Positions 8,860 to 18,811 of a DNA stretch of 64,000 bases are shown here, piece by piece. The DNA comes from an uncultured Coriobacteriia bacterium (lineage in GTDB: Bacteria > Actinomycetota > Coriobacteriia > Anaerosomatales > PHET01): contig OW818687.1 in the NCBI GenBank assembly GCA_942493275.1, forward strand, positions 1,223,211 through 1,287,210, given 5' to 3'. Under the pieces are notes generated by a model. The model was not told the DNA's origin. It searched no databases and saw only the letters and a program-made list of their open reading frames with translations. The stretch's first letter is position 1, and every line of letters starts with the position of its first letter. Position numbers and translations under genes: made by a program.

Positions 8860-9693
8860 GTGAATGACCTGAGCATCGGCTCGACGATCGATATCGCGCA
8901 TGGCGTGCACATTCCGCGGCTTGGCCTTGGCACCTACAAGTCCACACCCGGTGAGGCCGCGCGTGACGCCGTGGTAGAGGCACTGCGGCTCGGTTACCGC
9001 AGCATCGACACCGCGTCGCTCTACGGCAACGAGGAGGGCGTAGGCGAGGGTATCCGCATCAGCGGCGTGCCGCGCGACGACATCTTCCTCACCACCAAGG
9101 TCTGGAACGAGGAGCAGGGCTACGACTCGACGCTCGAGGCCATCGAGCGCTCGCTCGCCAGACTCGGCACTGATCACGTCGACCTCTACCTCGTTCACTG
9201 GCCGATGCGCGAGAAGATGGAGGGCACCTGGCGAGCGATGGAGGCGGCGCTCGAGCAGGGGATGACGCGCTCGATCGGCGTGTGCAACCACCTGCCGCAC
9301 CACCTCGAGGAGCTGTTCCGCCACGCCGAGGTTCCGCCGGCCGTCGACCAGGTCGAGTTCCACTTCTGGCTCCAGCAGCCCTCGCTCCAGGCGTTTCTCG
9401 CCGAGCACGGCATCGCCCTGGAGGCCTGGGCGCCGCTCATGAAGGGCCGAGTGGCCGAGGTACCCGAGGTCGTCGCGATCGCCGAGCGTCTCGGAAGAAC
9501 GCCTGCGCAGGTCGCCATCCGGTGGATCCTCGAGATCGGCGCGATCGCCATCCCCAAGTCGGTCCATGCCGAGAGGATCGCCGAGAACCTCGACGTCTTC
9601 GACTTTCACCTCACCGACGAGGATCACGAACTGCTGACCACGCTCGACGAGGGCGTGCGCCTGGGACCCGATCCCGACACCTACGCGTGGTGA
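8860..9693 (+). CDS. Aldo/keto reductase (2,5-diketo-D-gluconate reductase-like)
   Basis: LGLGTYK, IDTASLYGNEEGVG, HVDLYLVHWP and IPKS motifs. Confidence 0.9.
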   Translation: MNDLSIGSTIDIAHGVHIPRLGLGTYKSTPGEAARDAVVEALRLGYRSIDTASLYGNEEGVGEGIRISGVPRDDIFLTTKVWNEEQGYDSTLEAIERSLARLGTDHVDLYLVHWPMREKMEGTWRAMEAALEQGMTRSIGVCNHLPHHLEELFRHAEVPPAVDQVEFHFWLQQPSLQAFLAEHGIALEAWAPLMKGRVAEVPEVVAIAERLGRTPAQVAIRWILEIGAIAIPKSVHAERIAENLDVFDFHLTDEDHELLTTLDEGVRLGPDPDTYAW

Positions 9694-9706
9694 GCCGGGT
9701 GCCGCG

Positions 9707-10102
9707 ATGACGACCCCGCTGCTTTTCGCCGGTATGGCGCTCGTCGTCGCGGGCTTCCTCGCGCTTGCGGTCACGGACGCACCCGTGCGACGTGCCGCGC
9801 ACCCCGGGTGGCGGCGTGGCGCGGTGGTCGTCTGGCTGCTCATCGTAGCTGCCGGCTGGGCGGTCTTCGGCTACCTCGCCGTGGCGCTTCCCGGCGGGCT
9901 CGAGACGGCTTGGCGATGGGTGAGCGCTCAGCCCGGAGCGATGCGGGCGGCGATGTGGGCGTTTCTGCTGCCGTGGACGGGCGCGCTGTGGATCGCGGGC
10001 CGCCCGTGGTCCGATACGCTCACCACGGTGCTCGTCATCGGCCTTGCCGCGCTCACCTTCGGCCTCGGGGTCTCCTTGTTCCGATCGCGCTCCGCTGCCT
10101 AG
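9707..10102 (+). CDS. Membrane protein, hypothetical
   Basis: 131 aa with 4 hydrophobic helices, 13 nt after the preceding gene. Confidence 0.55.
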   Translation: MTTPLLFAGMALVVAGFLALAVTDAPVRRAAHPGWRRGAVVVWLLIVAAGWAVFGYLAVALPGGLETAWRWVSAQPGAMRAAMWAFLLPWTGALWIAGRPWSDTLTTVLVIGLAALTFGLGVSLFRSRSAA

Positions 10103-10689
10103 GACGCCGCGGGCTTCCTGGCGCTCACGAGCGTGTGGCGGCTGAAGTCCGGGTGAACCTGGGCGTCCACGAGCCCCGCAGCCCCGAGCGCGGTCGCAAT
10201 CACGTTGGCGCTGACACGGATCTCCTGCGGGGGTCCGTTTCCCTCGACTCCGGGTGTCCAGTCGACGACCGCGATGATTCCGCCGGGCACAAGCAGCCGA
10301 GCCGCCTCCGCGTAGGTCGCCACCGGGTTCGCGAGCTCGTGATGCAGGTTCATCGACACCACGACGTCCGCCGAGCCGCTCGGCAACGGCACAGACTCCT
10401 CTTCCGAGAGGACCGGCACGAACCTCTCGCCCACTGCGGGCTTGCGGTTGTTGGTCATCCAGTCGATCATGCCGCGCTCGGTGTCGACGGCGTATACGGT
10501 CGCCTCGGGGGCGAGCTTGGCGAACGCCTCGGCGAACAGCCCCGTGCCCGCGCCCAGGTCGACGACGACCGCGGGTGAGGGCGAGCCAAGCGCCTCCCAT
10601 ATGACAGCGGGCTCTGTGTCCCGCAGCCGTTCGGGGTTGTTCAGTCGCTCGAGGTGGACCGGGTTGAACTTCTCGTGATGGTGAGCCAT
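10099..10689 (-). CDS. Class I SAM-dependent methyltransferase
   Basis: Motif I VVDLGAGTG. Fold size is about 195 aa. Confidence 0.85.
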   Translation of the reverse strand: MAHHHEKFNPVHLERLNNPERLRDTEPAVIWEALGSPSPAVVVDLGAGTGLFAEAFAKLAPEATVYAVDTERGMIDWMTNNRKPAVGERFVPVLSEEESVPLPSGSADVVVSMNLHHELANPVATYAEAARLLVPGGIIAVVDWTPGVEGNGPPQEIRVSANVIATALGAAGLVDAQVHPDFSRHTLVSARKPAAS

Positions 10690-10733
10690 GGGGGTGCCTC
10701 CGAAGGAATTGCGGGTGTGCCGACAAGTATACC

Positions 10734-12920
10734 CTATGGGGTATCAGACGCGACCCCGGTACGAAGCCGGAGCAGCTTGAGGATGTTTGAGTAGTCGTCC
10801 GTGAGCACCGGTCCGGGCGCGGGCTTCTCCCATCCGCCCGCGAGAAACGGCTCGATCGCCTCAGGCTCGCCGACGACGAGCCACGTCGAGGCCTGGGCTT
10901 CGAGTGCATCCCGCTCGGCGGGGGTGGGCTGGTAGCGCTTCGCAACGGCTTCGAGCCCGGCTGCCTCGGCGGTGGACGCGACCGCGGGAGCGAGGTCGAA
11001 GTGGCGATTCGTGAGCTGGAACGCGATGACTCCACCGGGGCTGATCGTGCGGGCGTAGGACTCGATCGCCTCGGCGGTGAGCAGGTGTACCGGCACGGAG
11101 TCCGAGGAGAACGCGTCGAGCAGCAGCAGGTCAAAGCTGCCCGGGGGCTCCTCGGCCAGCGTGAGTCGACCGTCGCCGAGCACGATGCGGGGAGGCGCGG
11201 GGGCGTCGGCCAGGTAGGTGAAGTAGCGTTCGTCTCGCGCGATGTCGATGACCGCCCGGTCGATCTCGAAGTAGGCGACCTCGTCGCAGGGCTCGCTGTA
11301 GGCGAGCACCGTCCCTACGCCGAGACCCACGATCCCGATGTCGGCACCGCTTGCCTCGCGGCTCCGAAGGTCGTCGAAGACGTCTCCGAGCGGACCCGAG
11401 GGCACAAAGTACGCGGTCGGCTCGGAACGGCGCCCATCGGCGAACTGCAGCCCGTGCAGGGTGGTGCCGTGGACCTCGACCAGCGCCTCGCCATCAGGGG
11501 TTTCGTTGACCTGGGTGACGCCGAAGAAGGTGCGCACGCGCAGCAGTGGCGCGGGTACGAAGAGCAGCGACAGCGCGACGATGGCGACGGCCGACGCTGC
11601 GGCAAGCGACCACGGTCCGCGCCCCGTCATGACCGCGAGTGCGCCGATGAAGACCACGACGCCGAGAAAGAGCGCGGACTCTGTAGATCGTGGAGAAACC
11701 AGCGCCACCAAGCCTCCGCCGATGACGAGGTACGGCGCCACGCGGCCGAAAGTGCCACGCATGACGGCCCCGGGGCCGGTGCGCTCGCGGTGCGGGGGTG
11801 CGGGCAGGAAGCCGATGGCGACCAGTCCCGCGAGCAGCAGCAGAGGGTACTCGTAGACGTCGCTGAAGACGAGCGGTGCGGCGAGCGCGACGAAACCTGT
11901 CGCGAGCACCCCGCCCGCGGACAGCACGAGGTAGAAGCGCGTCAGGTGCTCCTCGCCCGGGCGGTCGAGCGCCAGGCGACCGTGGATCGCGACGGCGACG
12001 ACGGCGTAGCTGACGAGCACGAGGGGGATGAGCACGAACGCCGGCCAGTCGATGCGCGCGATGTAGGGTAGCCACATCAGGGTCGCGGCGGCGGGCAGCA
12101 GTCGCTCGACCGCGGGCAGCACTCGCCGACCCCTCTCGGAGAAGGCGACGATGAAGCTCCCAAGGTAGATCGCGAGCGGCCCCACCCACAGAAGTGGCGC
12201 CGAGACGTGGTCGGTCGCCAGGTGCGTGGTGGTGGCGGAGAGCAGTCCTGCCGGCGCGAACGCCGCAAGCAGCCAGACCGCCTGACGCTTTCGGGGCAGA
12301 CGCCCGGGTGCGGGGGCTCCCGGCCCGGGCGTGGCGCCGCCCTGCAGCCGGCCGGCGGCCACCACGATCACGCACGCGGCTGCCGCCGCGATGAGCAGCG
12401 AGAAGGTCAGCCGCTGCGAGGAGAGTCCGACGAGCGGCTCGATGAGCACGGGGTAGGCGAGCAGCCCTACGAGGCTCGCGCCGTTGGATACCGCGTACAG
12501 CCACCACGGATCGCGACCGTCTTGCGCGTACCACGCCGAGAGCAGCGGGCTGGTGGTGGAGAGCAGGAATGCGGGCGCGCCGGCTATGAGCGCGAGCACG
12601 ACGATCACGTTGAGCGCCTCGGGCATGTCGGCCATGCGCAGACCCGCGATGTGTGCGGGGGCGGCGAGTGTGGCAGCCAGTGCGAGCGCGGTGACGGCGA
12701 CGTGGGTGATCGCGCCGGTTCGGGCGCTCAGGCGGGTGATGACCAAGTGCGCGTAGAGGTAGCCGATGAAGACGACGGCCGTGAAGAAACACAGCGCCGT
12801 CGTCCACACCGACGGGGCGCCACCGAAGGCCGGTAGCACGAGACGGCCTGCCAGCAGTTCCAGCGTGAAGAGCAGGAACGCTGACAGGCCGATGGTCGCG
12901 ATGAAGAGCGTGCGCCGCAT
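10734..12920 (-). CDS. Fused polytopic membrane domain / spermidine-synthase-like protein
   Basis: About 480 aa of TM helices, followed by IGIVGLGVGT...FEID...LLLDAFSSD (aminopropyltransferase/methyltransferase fold). Confidence 0.8.
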   Translation of the reverse strand: MRRTLFIATIGLSAFLLFTLELLAGRLVLPAFGGAPSVWTTALCFFTAVVFIGYLYAHLVITRLSARTGAITHVAVTALALAATLAAPAHIAGLRMADMPEALNVIVVLALIAGAPAFLLSTTSPLLSAWYAQDGRDPWWLYAVSNGASLVGLLAYPVLIEPLVGLSSQRLTFSLLIAAAAACVIVVAAGRLQGGATPGPGAPAPGRLPRKRQAVWLLAAFAPAGLLSATTTHLATDHVSAPLLWVGPLAIYLGSFIVAFSERGRRVLPAVERLLPAAATLMWLPYIARIDWPAFVLIPLVLVSYAVVAVAIHGRLALDRPGEEHLTRFYLVLSAGGVLATGFVALAAPLVFSDVYEYPLLLLAGLVAIGFLPAPPHRERTGPGAVMRGTFGRVAPYLVIGGGLVALVSPRSTESALFLGVVVFIGALAVMTGRGPWSLAAASAVAIVALSLLFVPAPLLRVRTFFGVTQVNETPDGEALVEVHGTTLHGLQFADGRRSEPTAYFVPSGPLGDVFDDLRSREASGADIGIVGLGVGTVLAYSEPCDEVAYFEIDRAVIDIARDERYFTYLADAPAPPRIVLGDGRLTLAEEPPGSFDLLLLDAFSSDSVPVHLLTAEAIESYARTISPGGVIAFQLTNRHFDLAPAVASTAEAAGLEAVAKRYQPTPAERDALEAQASTWLVVGEPEAIEPFLAGGWEKPAPGPVLTDDYSNILKLLRLRTGVASDTP

Positions 12921-12930
12921 GCGCGCGGAG

Positions 12931-13440
12931 CTACTGAACCTCGAGCAGCTCGACCTCGAAGACGAGCGTGGCGCCAGGCGGGATCACGCCGCCTGCACCC
13001 TGGTCGCCGTAGCCCATCTCCGGCGGGATGGTGAGCTTACGCTTGCCGCCGACCTTCATGCCCTGCACTCCCTCGTCCCAGCCGGGAATGACCTGTCCGG
13101 CGCCGAGAGAGAAGGAGAAGGGCTGGCCGCTGTCGAGCGACGAGTCGAACTTGGTGCCGTCGGTGAGCCATCCGGTGTAGTGGACCACGACGGTCTTGCC
13201 GGCCACGGCCTCGGCGCCCTCACCGACGACGAGCTCCTCGATCTCGAGCTTGGAGACCTCCTCAGACGAGGGAGCGGTCTCGGGGGTGGCAGCTTCAGGC
13301 TGGACGGCCTCGGGCTCGGTGCTCTCGGGCGTCGGCTCGGCCCCGCAGCCGACAACCGTCAGCGCAGCCAGCGACAACATCGCGATGGCCAGCGCGGCGG
13401 TCAGCCGGCGTGAGGTGGCGTGCGAAAAGAGACGTTTCAC
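12931..13440 (-). CDS. FKBP-type peptidyl-prolyl isomerase lipoprotein
   Basis: Lipobox TVVGC. FKBP core [16 protein letters not shown]...[12 protein letters not shown]...[19 protein letters not shown]. Confidence 0.9.
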   Translation of the reverse strand: MKRLFSHATSRRLTAALAIAMLSLAALTVVGCGAEPTPESTEPEAVQPEAATPETAPSSEEVSKLEIEELVVGEGAEAVAGKTVVVHYTGWLTDGTKFDSSLDSGQPFSFSLGAGQVIPGWDEGVQGMKVGGKRKLTIPPEMGYGDQGAGGVIPPGATLVFEVELLEVQ

Positions 13441-13567
13441 GTATGGACCTCCTGAATCGACTTCAGATGCGAGACGGCGCGGACGGCGCCGTCACCAGTA
13501 GAGTATGCGCCAATTTAGGGATCGCTGGCGCGGATTCACAGCACCACCACGATTGACTTCGTCGCCG

Positions 13568-13602
13568 ATAGTTCGTACACTAAGCACATAGTTCGTGTAC
13601 AC
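13568..13602. promoter_or_regulatory. Direct repeat ATAGTTCGT(G)TACAC x2, putative MarR operator
   Basis: Two copies 20 bp apart, ending about 20 bp upstream of the MarR GTG start. Each contains a GTAC-centred half-palindrome. Confidence 0.45.
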
Positions 13603-13622
13603 ACCACTTTCGGGAGGCCCCC

Positions 13623-14045
13623 GTGTACGAGCACGACCTCGGATTCCTGTGTAACCACCTCGCCCGGCTCCTGCGGCACCGCATGGCGGAGAGCATCGCC
13701 CACACCGGGCTGACTCCCCAGCAGGCTGCGTTGCTTCTCAACCTCAGCGACGGCCCCGCGACACGAGCCGAACTCTCGGCCGTCCTCGGGATGGATCGGC
13801 CCACCATGACCGGCGTCTCAGAGCGGCTCGAGCAGGGTGGCTGGATCGTGTCGGCTCCTCATCCGACCGACGGGCGGGCCCGACTTTTGTGGCTGACCTC
13901 CCGCGGTGAGCTGGTGCTTCCTGCACTTCGGGAGGCCGCCGGCGCCGTGAGCGAGCGAGCGCTGGGAGCGCTGCCCGCCGAGGACGTCCCTCGAGTGCTG
14001 GGTGCACTCGAGGCGATGGCTGCCTCGCTGGAGACCGACCGGTGA
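13623..14045 (+). CDS. MarR-family transcriptional regulator
   Basis: Winged-HTH region LTPQQAALLLNLSDGPATRAELSAVLGMDRPTMTGVSERLEQGGWI. GTG start after GGGAGG. Confidence 0.9.
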   Translation: MYEHDLGFLCNHLARLLRHRMAESIAHTGLTPQQAALLLNLSDGPATRAELSAVLGMDRPTMTGVSERLEQGGWIVSAPHPTDGRARLLWLTSRGELVLPALREAAGAVSERALGALPAEDVPRVLGALEAMAASLETDR

Positions 14046-14902
14046 GCGGGGTGATCCTGGTAACCGGCGCCACCGGCAACGTGGGAGCCGAGGTCGTCGC
14101 GAGACTCCTCGCCGAGGGGGAGCCGGTCCGCGCCGCCGCGAGAAACCCGACCCCGATCGTCGCGCGGTTCCCGGGGGCGGAAGCGGTCGGTCTCGACTTC
14201 GAAGACCCGTCGACGTTTGCTGCGGCGCTGGCCGGTGTCGACCGCGTGTTCCTGGTGCGCCCGCCGCAGATGAGCGACGCGGCGGCGTTCACGCCGTTCA
14301 TCTCGGCGATGCGTGAATCGGGGGTCAGACAGGTGGTGTTCCTCTCGCTTCTGGGAGCCCAGCGCAACGTCTTCGCCCCGCATCACGGGATCGAGCGGGC
14401 TATCCGCAGGTCCGGCCTGGGCTGGACGATGCTGCGCCCGAGCTTCTTCATGCAGAATCTCGCGACGACCCACCTGCGCGACATTCGGAGCCGCGGCGAG
14501 ATCATCGTCCCCGCTGGCCGAGGCAAGACGAGCTTCATCGATGCGAACGATATCGCGCGGGCGACAGTTGCGGTCCTGACTCAGCCCGGCCATCTGGATC
14601 GCGGCTACGACCTCACCGGCAGCGAGGCGCTCGACTACTACGAGTGCGCCAGGTGCCTGAGCGAGGCGACCGGTCGTACGATCCGCTACACCCGGCCGTC
14701 GGGCCGTCAGTTTGCGGCCCACATGCGGGCGCAGGGACACTCCCCGGACTTCGTCAAGGTGATGCGCGCGATCTACCTGGTGGCGCGACTGGGGATGGCG
14801 GACACCGTCACCCGCGACCTCAGCATGCTCACCGGCAGGCCCCCGGTGACGTTCGCCGAGTACGCGGCGCGCGAGGCGTCGGTGTTCTCGGCGGGAGAGT
14901 AG
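14042..14902 (+). CDS. NmrA-family / atypical SDR NAD(P)-binding protein
   Basis: ILVTGATGNVG motif. GTGA overlap with the MarR stop. Confidence 0.85.
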   Translation: MSGVILVTGATGNVGAEVVARLLAEGEPVRAAARNPTPIVARFPGAEAVGLDFEDPSTFAAALAGVDRVFLVRPPQMSDAAAFTPFISAMRESGVRQVVFLSLLGAQRNVFAPHHGIERAIRRSGLGWTMLRPSFFMQNLATTHLRDIRSRGEIIVPAGRGKTSFIDANDIARATVAVLTQPGHLDRGYDLTGSEALDYYECARCLSEATGRTIRYTRPSGRQFAAHMRAQGHSPDFVKVMRAIYLVARLGMADTVTRDLSMLTGRPPVTFAEYAAREASVFSAGE

Positions 14903-14934
14903 TCCGCGACCGAGGGTAGCGGTCCAGTAACGAC

Positions 14935-14968
14935 GAAGCGCCCGGGACCACGTGGCCCCGGGCGCTTC
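14935..14968. terminator. Bidirectional hairpin between convergent genes
   Basis: GAAGCGCCCGGG / CCCGGGCGCTTC forms a perfect 12-bp stem. Confidence 0.6.
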
Positions 14969-14980
14969 GATTGCTGCGAC

Positions 14981-15556
14981 TTAGTACGGTTCGGTCTGGA
15001 TCTCGTAGTAGCTCTGCGGGTGCAGGCACGCCGGGCAGATCGCCGGGGCCTCGGGACCCTCGTGGATGTAGCCGCAGTTGCGGCACTTCCAGTAGACGAC
15101 GCCGTCCTTCTTGAAGACCTTGTGGCCGGCCACGTTCTCAAGCAGCTTGCGGTAGCGGGCCTCGTGGTGCACCTCGACCGAAGCGATCTCCCGGAACGAC
15201 GCGGCTACCTTGGGGAAGCCCTCCTCCTCGGCGATGGCGGCGAAGTCGGGGTAGAGGATGCTCCACTCCTCCTTCTCGCCCTCAGCCGCGGCCAGGAGGT
15301 TCTCGGCGGTGGTGCCGAGCTTGCCTGCCGGGTACATCGCGGTGATCTCGACGGGACCACCCTCGAGGTGCTTGAAGAAGACCTTCGCGTGCTCCTTCTC
15401 GTTGTCGGCGGTTTCGATGAACAGCGCGCTGATCTGCTCGAAACCCTCCTTCTTGGCCACGCCTGCGAAGTAGGTGTAGCGGTTACGCGCCTGGCTCTCG
15501 CCGGCGAACGCCTTGAGCAGATTCTGCTCGGTGCGGGTGCCCTTGATGCTCGGCAT
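14981..15556 (-). CDS. rbr: Rubrerythrin
   Basis: Ferritin-like diiron domain (GESQARNRY, EKEH, E..H) plus a C-terminal rubredoxin with C-x2-C...C-x2-C (CRNCGY...CPAC). ATG 15556 follows AGGAGGA. Confidence 0.92.
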   Translation of the reverse strand: MPSIKGTRTEQNLLKAFAGESQARNRYTYFAGVAKKEGFEQISALFIETADNEKEHAKVFFKHLEGGPVEITAMYPAGKLGTTAENLLAAAEGEKEEWSILYPDFAAIAEEEGFPKVAASFREIASVEVHHEARYRKLLENVAGHKVFKKDGVVYWKCRNCGYIHEGPEAPAICPACLHPQSYYEIQTEPY

Positions 15557-15640
15557 CGGCGTCCTCCTTTTCGTCATCGGGGTTACTGCCAGATGGTACC
15601 CCTACGTCGGTGGAGTCACTCGGTGCGACGGGCGACAGCG

Positions 15641-16389
15641 CTACTCCTCGACGACGGTCGCGCCACCGTCGATGACGGCGTAGCGAACCGAGGGGTTCAT
15701 GACCCGCCCGTCGATGACCTCGCTGCGCGCGAGCGCTCCGCCGTGTCCGCCCGGCTCGACCAGCCGCCAGCCAGCGGCCTCGAGCGCCCTGAGGTGATCG
15801 GTGGTGAACATCTCGGGAGGTGAGTGCCCCACGATCTGGAACAGCCCGCTGGGGACGTCGGACATTCGCTGCGGCCGGAACCACAGCGGCCCCATCTGTC
15901 CGCCGAGCAGGCGGTAGGCCTCGAGATCGGGCCAGTCGAGCGGCCTCTTGCCGGAGGCGCGCGTGATCTCGTCCCGGAACAGCTCGTTGAGGCCGTCCGC
16001 GATAGTCTCGGGCGATGGTCCGAACCTGATGATGAGGTCGGAGAGCGCCGCCGAGACACCCGCGTGCGTGACGAGCCATCCGTCGACAACGGTCGCGAGC
16101 TTCCACTCGCCGTCGCGCATTCGCGCCGCGAACTCCTCGCCGCGGACAAGCGACTCGGCGTTCTGCGGCCAGATGCGCAGCCCGAGCGCGGCGGAGACCT
16201 CGTGGTTGCCGGCGAGTACCTCAGCGCCGAGCTCGCCGGCGCGCGCGATCACGTCATCGGTACCGACGTCGATCAGGTCGCCGGCGATGATGAGACGGTC
16301 GTCCGGGCCGAATCCAGCGTGGGCGAGCGTCTCCGTGAGCCGGAGTTCGTCGCCGTGCATGTCGGATATCACTATGGTGCGCGGCACGT
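15641..16389 (-). CDS. Metallophosphoesterase (PPP-family phosphatase-like)
   Basis: ISDMHGD, GDLIDVG and AGNHE motifs. GTG 16389 follows GGGGAGGA. Confidence 0.85.
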
Positions 16390-16524
16390 CGTCCTCCCCG
16401 CAGAAGCCGGACCGTGTCGAGTGTATCCGACGGGACTGACAATGCGTGCCGGAATCGCCTCGTTGGGCGCGTGGCCGATGGGGAATCCACTGTGTACAAC
16501 AGTCGAATGGCGAGGAGCGTTCAC

Positions 16525-16977
16525 ATGACCGACGACACAAACGCGACACCGGTGGATGCCCCGCAGGCCCCCGTCTCCGACGGGTCGTGGGACGAGGTCG
16601 TACAGCACATCAAAGAGCTCGGCGACTCCATCGGCCGCTGGGCGATCACGGCGGTCAACGACCCCGAATACCGCCGCCATGCGAACGAGCTCAAGGGCCA
16701 CCTCGAAAACATCGCCGGCACGGTCACGGACGCGGTCGACGACGCTGCAGCGTCCGAACTCGGCCAGAGCGTCAAGAGCGCAGCATCGACGGCTGGAGGC
16801 GCCATCAAAGACGCGAGCCAGACGGTCGCGCGCGAGGTCAGCCCGAGTCTCGCCGAGGCGTTTCGCAGCGCGGCGGACGGGCTCAGGAAGGCCGCCTCCA
16901 AGATGGACGAGCACGCGGCTGCCTCTCCGGCTCCTCCGGCCGCTCCGGAGCCGCCGGACACCGACCCGGCTGAGTAG
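16525..16977 (+). CDS. Hypothetical Ala-rich helical protein
   Basis: ATG 16525 follows GAGGAG. No recognisable domain. Confidence 0.5.
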   Translation: MTDDTNATPVDAPQAPVSDGSWDEVVQHIKELGDSIGRWAITAVNDPEYRRHANELKGHLENIAGTVTDAVDDAAASELGQSVKSAASTAGGAIKDASQTVAREVSPSLAEAFRSAADGLRKAASKMDEHAAASPAPPAAPEPPDTDPAE

Positions 16978-16979
16978 CG

Positions 16980-17525
16980 ATGAGCGACGTGGTCGTACGG
17001 CCCGCTCGGCCCGATGAGCTGCCGGCCATCCTCGCGATCCACCGCGCCGCCTTCCCTGAGGAGGCCGAGGTGATCGCAGATCTCGTGTCGGGACTCGTCG
17101 CGAACCCCGGCCATCGCCCCGGAGTGTCTCTCGTCGCCGAGAGGAACGGCCGCATCGCGGGGCACGTGCTGTTCTCGGCAGCCCTGGTCCCGACGCTAGA
17201 CGGCGCCGACCTCGAGGTTGCGCTCCTGGCCCCTCTCGGAGTGGATCCGCGGGCTCAGGGGGAGGGCATCGGCGGCGCGCTCGTCGCCGAGGGGCTCTCG
17301 GCGGTGAAGGCGGCGGGGTTCGAGATCGCGGTGGTGCTGGGACATCCCGGCTACTACCCGCGGTTCGGATTCGCGCAGGCGCCCGCGGCGCTCGAGGCTC
17401 CATACCCTATCGCGATCCCGGAGGCGTGGATGGCGCTCGACCTCGTGCCCGGGTCCGTGGCGCGGGCGTCCGGCACGATCACGGTCGCCGAACCGCTGCG
17501 TCCCGCGGAGATGTGGTCGGAGTGA
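16980..17525 (+). CDS. GNAT-family N-acetyltransferase
   Basis: Acetyl-CoA motif VDPRAQGEGIGGALV. About 180 aa. Confidence 0.85.
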   Translation: MSDVVVRPARPDELPAILAIHRAAFPEEAEVIADLVSGLVANPGHRPGVSLVAERNGRIAGHVLFSAALVPTLDGADLEVALLAPLGVDPRAQGEGIGGALVAEGLSAVKAAGFEIAVVLGHPGYYPRFGFAQAPAALEAPYPIAIPEAWMALDLVPGSVARASGTITVAEPLRPAEMWSE

Positions 17526-17544
17526 GAGGGCGGTCCCGAATGCA

Positions 17545-17573
17545 CGAAGGCCGCGGACTCGCCGCGGCCTTCG
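17545..17573. terminator. Bidirectional hairpin between the GNAT and radical SAM genes
   Basis: CGAAGGCCGCGG-ACTCG-CCGCGGCCTTCG forms a perfect 12-bp stem. Confidence 0.6.
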
Positions 17574-17595
17574 GTTCAGTGCTTCTGGTGCGGTC

Positions 17596-18798
17596 CTAGC
17601 CGCAGGCTCCCGGTGCCACGCACGGAGCGGCCGCCGAGAGGGGCGCGCGCTCGTAGTGCGAGCCGTCCGACTCCTCGTCGCTTGCATCGGCCAGTCGCTT
17701 GAGCAGGCACGTCGGGTCTTCCCACATCGGGTCGCCGGTGGCGTGCCACGCCTTGGTGCGGCAGCCGCGGCAGATGCGCGAGTACTCGCATGCCTCGGGG
17801 GCGCAGATACCCTTGGTCTCCGTGGCGTCGAGCTTGTAGAGCTCCTGGGTGGCCTCGGTGAGCGTCATCTCGCGCACGTTGCCGACCGTCCAGTCCTGAG
17901 CGAACTGGCAGGGCATGATGCCGCCCTCGGAGTTGATGTTCATGTGGCCCTTGCCGACCGGGCAGGCGCTCACAAGCTCGAGGCGCCTGAGGCCGTTGCT
18001 GACGTCGACGCCCTCGTCCTTGAGCTTCTCGGCGAGGTAGGGGATGACGCTGGGGATCGCGCCGATGTCGTACTCGGTGTTTGAGTCCGGGTTGAGCAGG
18101 TCGCCGAGGATCCAGTCCGCGAGCTCCTGCCACTGCGCGGCGGTGATACGCGCGTCCTCTTCGCCCTCGCTGCGGCCGCTCGTGATCAGGTCGCACAGAT
18201 ACACGAGACGCGCGTCGAGCTCCTTGGCCTTGGCGATGATGTGCGGGATGAACTGGAGGGTGTCTTTGGTGACCGCCGACTTGAGTGCGACGCCGACACC
18301 CTCCTCGCGAAGGATCTTGATGGCCTCGATGACCTTGGCGTGCGTACCGGGGACGCCCACCATCTTGTCGTGGAAGTGCGGAGGTCCGTAAAGCGAAGTG
18401 GCGATCCAGTCCACGCCGTTGGCCTTCAGGCGCTTGGCGGCCTCGCGGTCGATCAGCGTCGCGTTCGTCGAGACGGTGATGTGCATACCGAAGCCGTGCG
18501 CCTTCTCAAGGATGTCCCAGAAGTTCTTGCGCATCATCGGTTCGCCGCCGGACAGGAAGACGAGCGGGACGCCCAGCTCACCCATCTGCGTGACGAGTGC
18601 GATGGTCTCCTCATCGCTGAGCTGCTCGGGCTTCGAGTGCCCGTCGGCGGCCATGTAGCAGTGGTCACACAACAGGTTGCAGCGGTTGGTGATGTTCCAG
18701 ATGACGTCGCTGGGTCGGCCGAGACGGTAGGCGGTGAGCGCCTTGTTCTCGACCTCGGAGAGCGGGCCGTCGAAGAAGAGCGAGCGAACGTGAGCCAT
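17596..18798 (-). CDS. Radical SAM / SPASM-domain enzyme
   Basis: CNLLCDHCY (C-x3-C-x2-C), SGGEP, and a C-terminal Cys cluster (ACPVGKG...MPCQ...CAPEACEYSRICRGCRTKAW...DPTC). ATG 18798 follows AGGAGGA. Confidence 0.88.
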   Translation of the reverse strand: MAHVRSLFFDGPLSEVENKALTAYRLGRPSDVIWNITNRCNLLCDHCYMAADGHSKPEQLSDEETIALVTQMGELGVPLVFLSGGEPMMRKNFWDILEKAHGFGMHITVSTNATLIDREAAKRLKANGVDWIATSLYGPPHFHDKMVGVPGTHAKVIEAIKILREEGVGVALKSAVTKDTLQFIPHIIAKAKELDARLVYLCDLITSGRSEGEEDARITAAQWQELADWILGDLLNPDSNTEYDIGAIPSVIPYLAEKLKDEGVDVSNGLRRLELVSACPVGKGHMNINSEGGIMPCQFAQDWTVGNVREMTLTEATQELYKLDATETKGICAPEACEYSRICRGCRTKAWHATGDPMWEDPTCLLKRLADASDEESDGSHYERAPLSAAAPCVAPGACG

Positions 18799-18811
18799 GA
18801 GTCCTCCTGCG

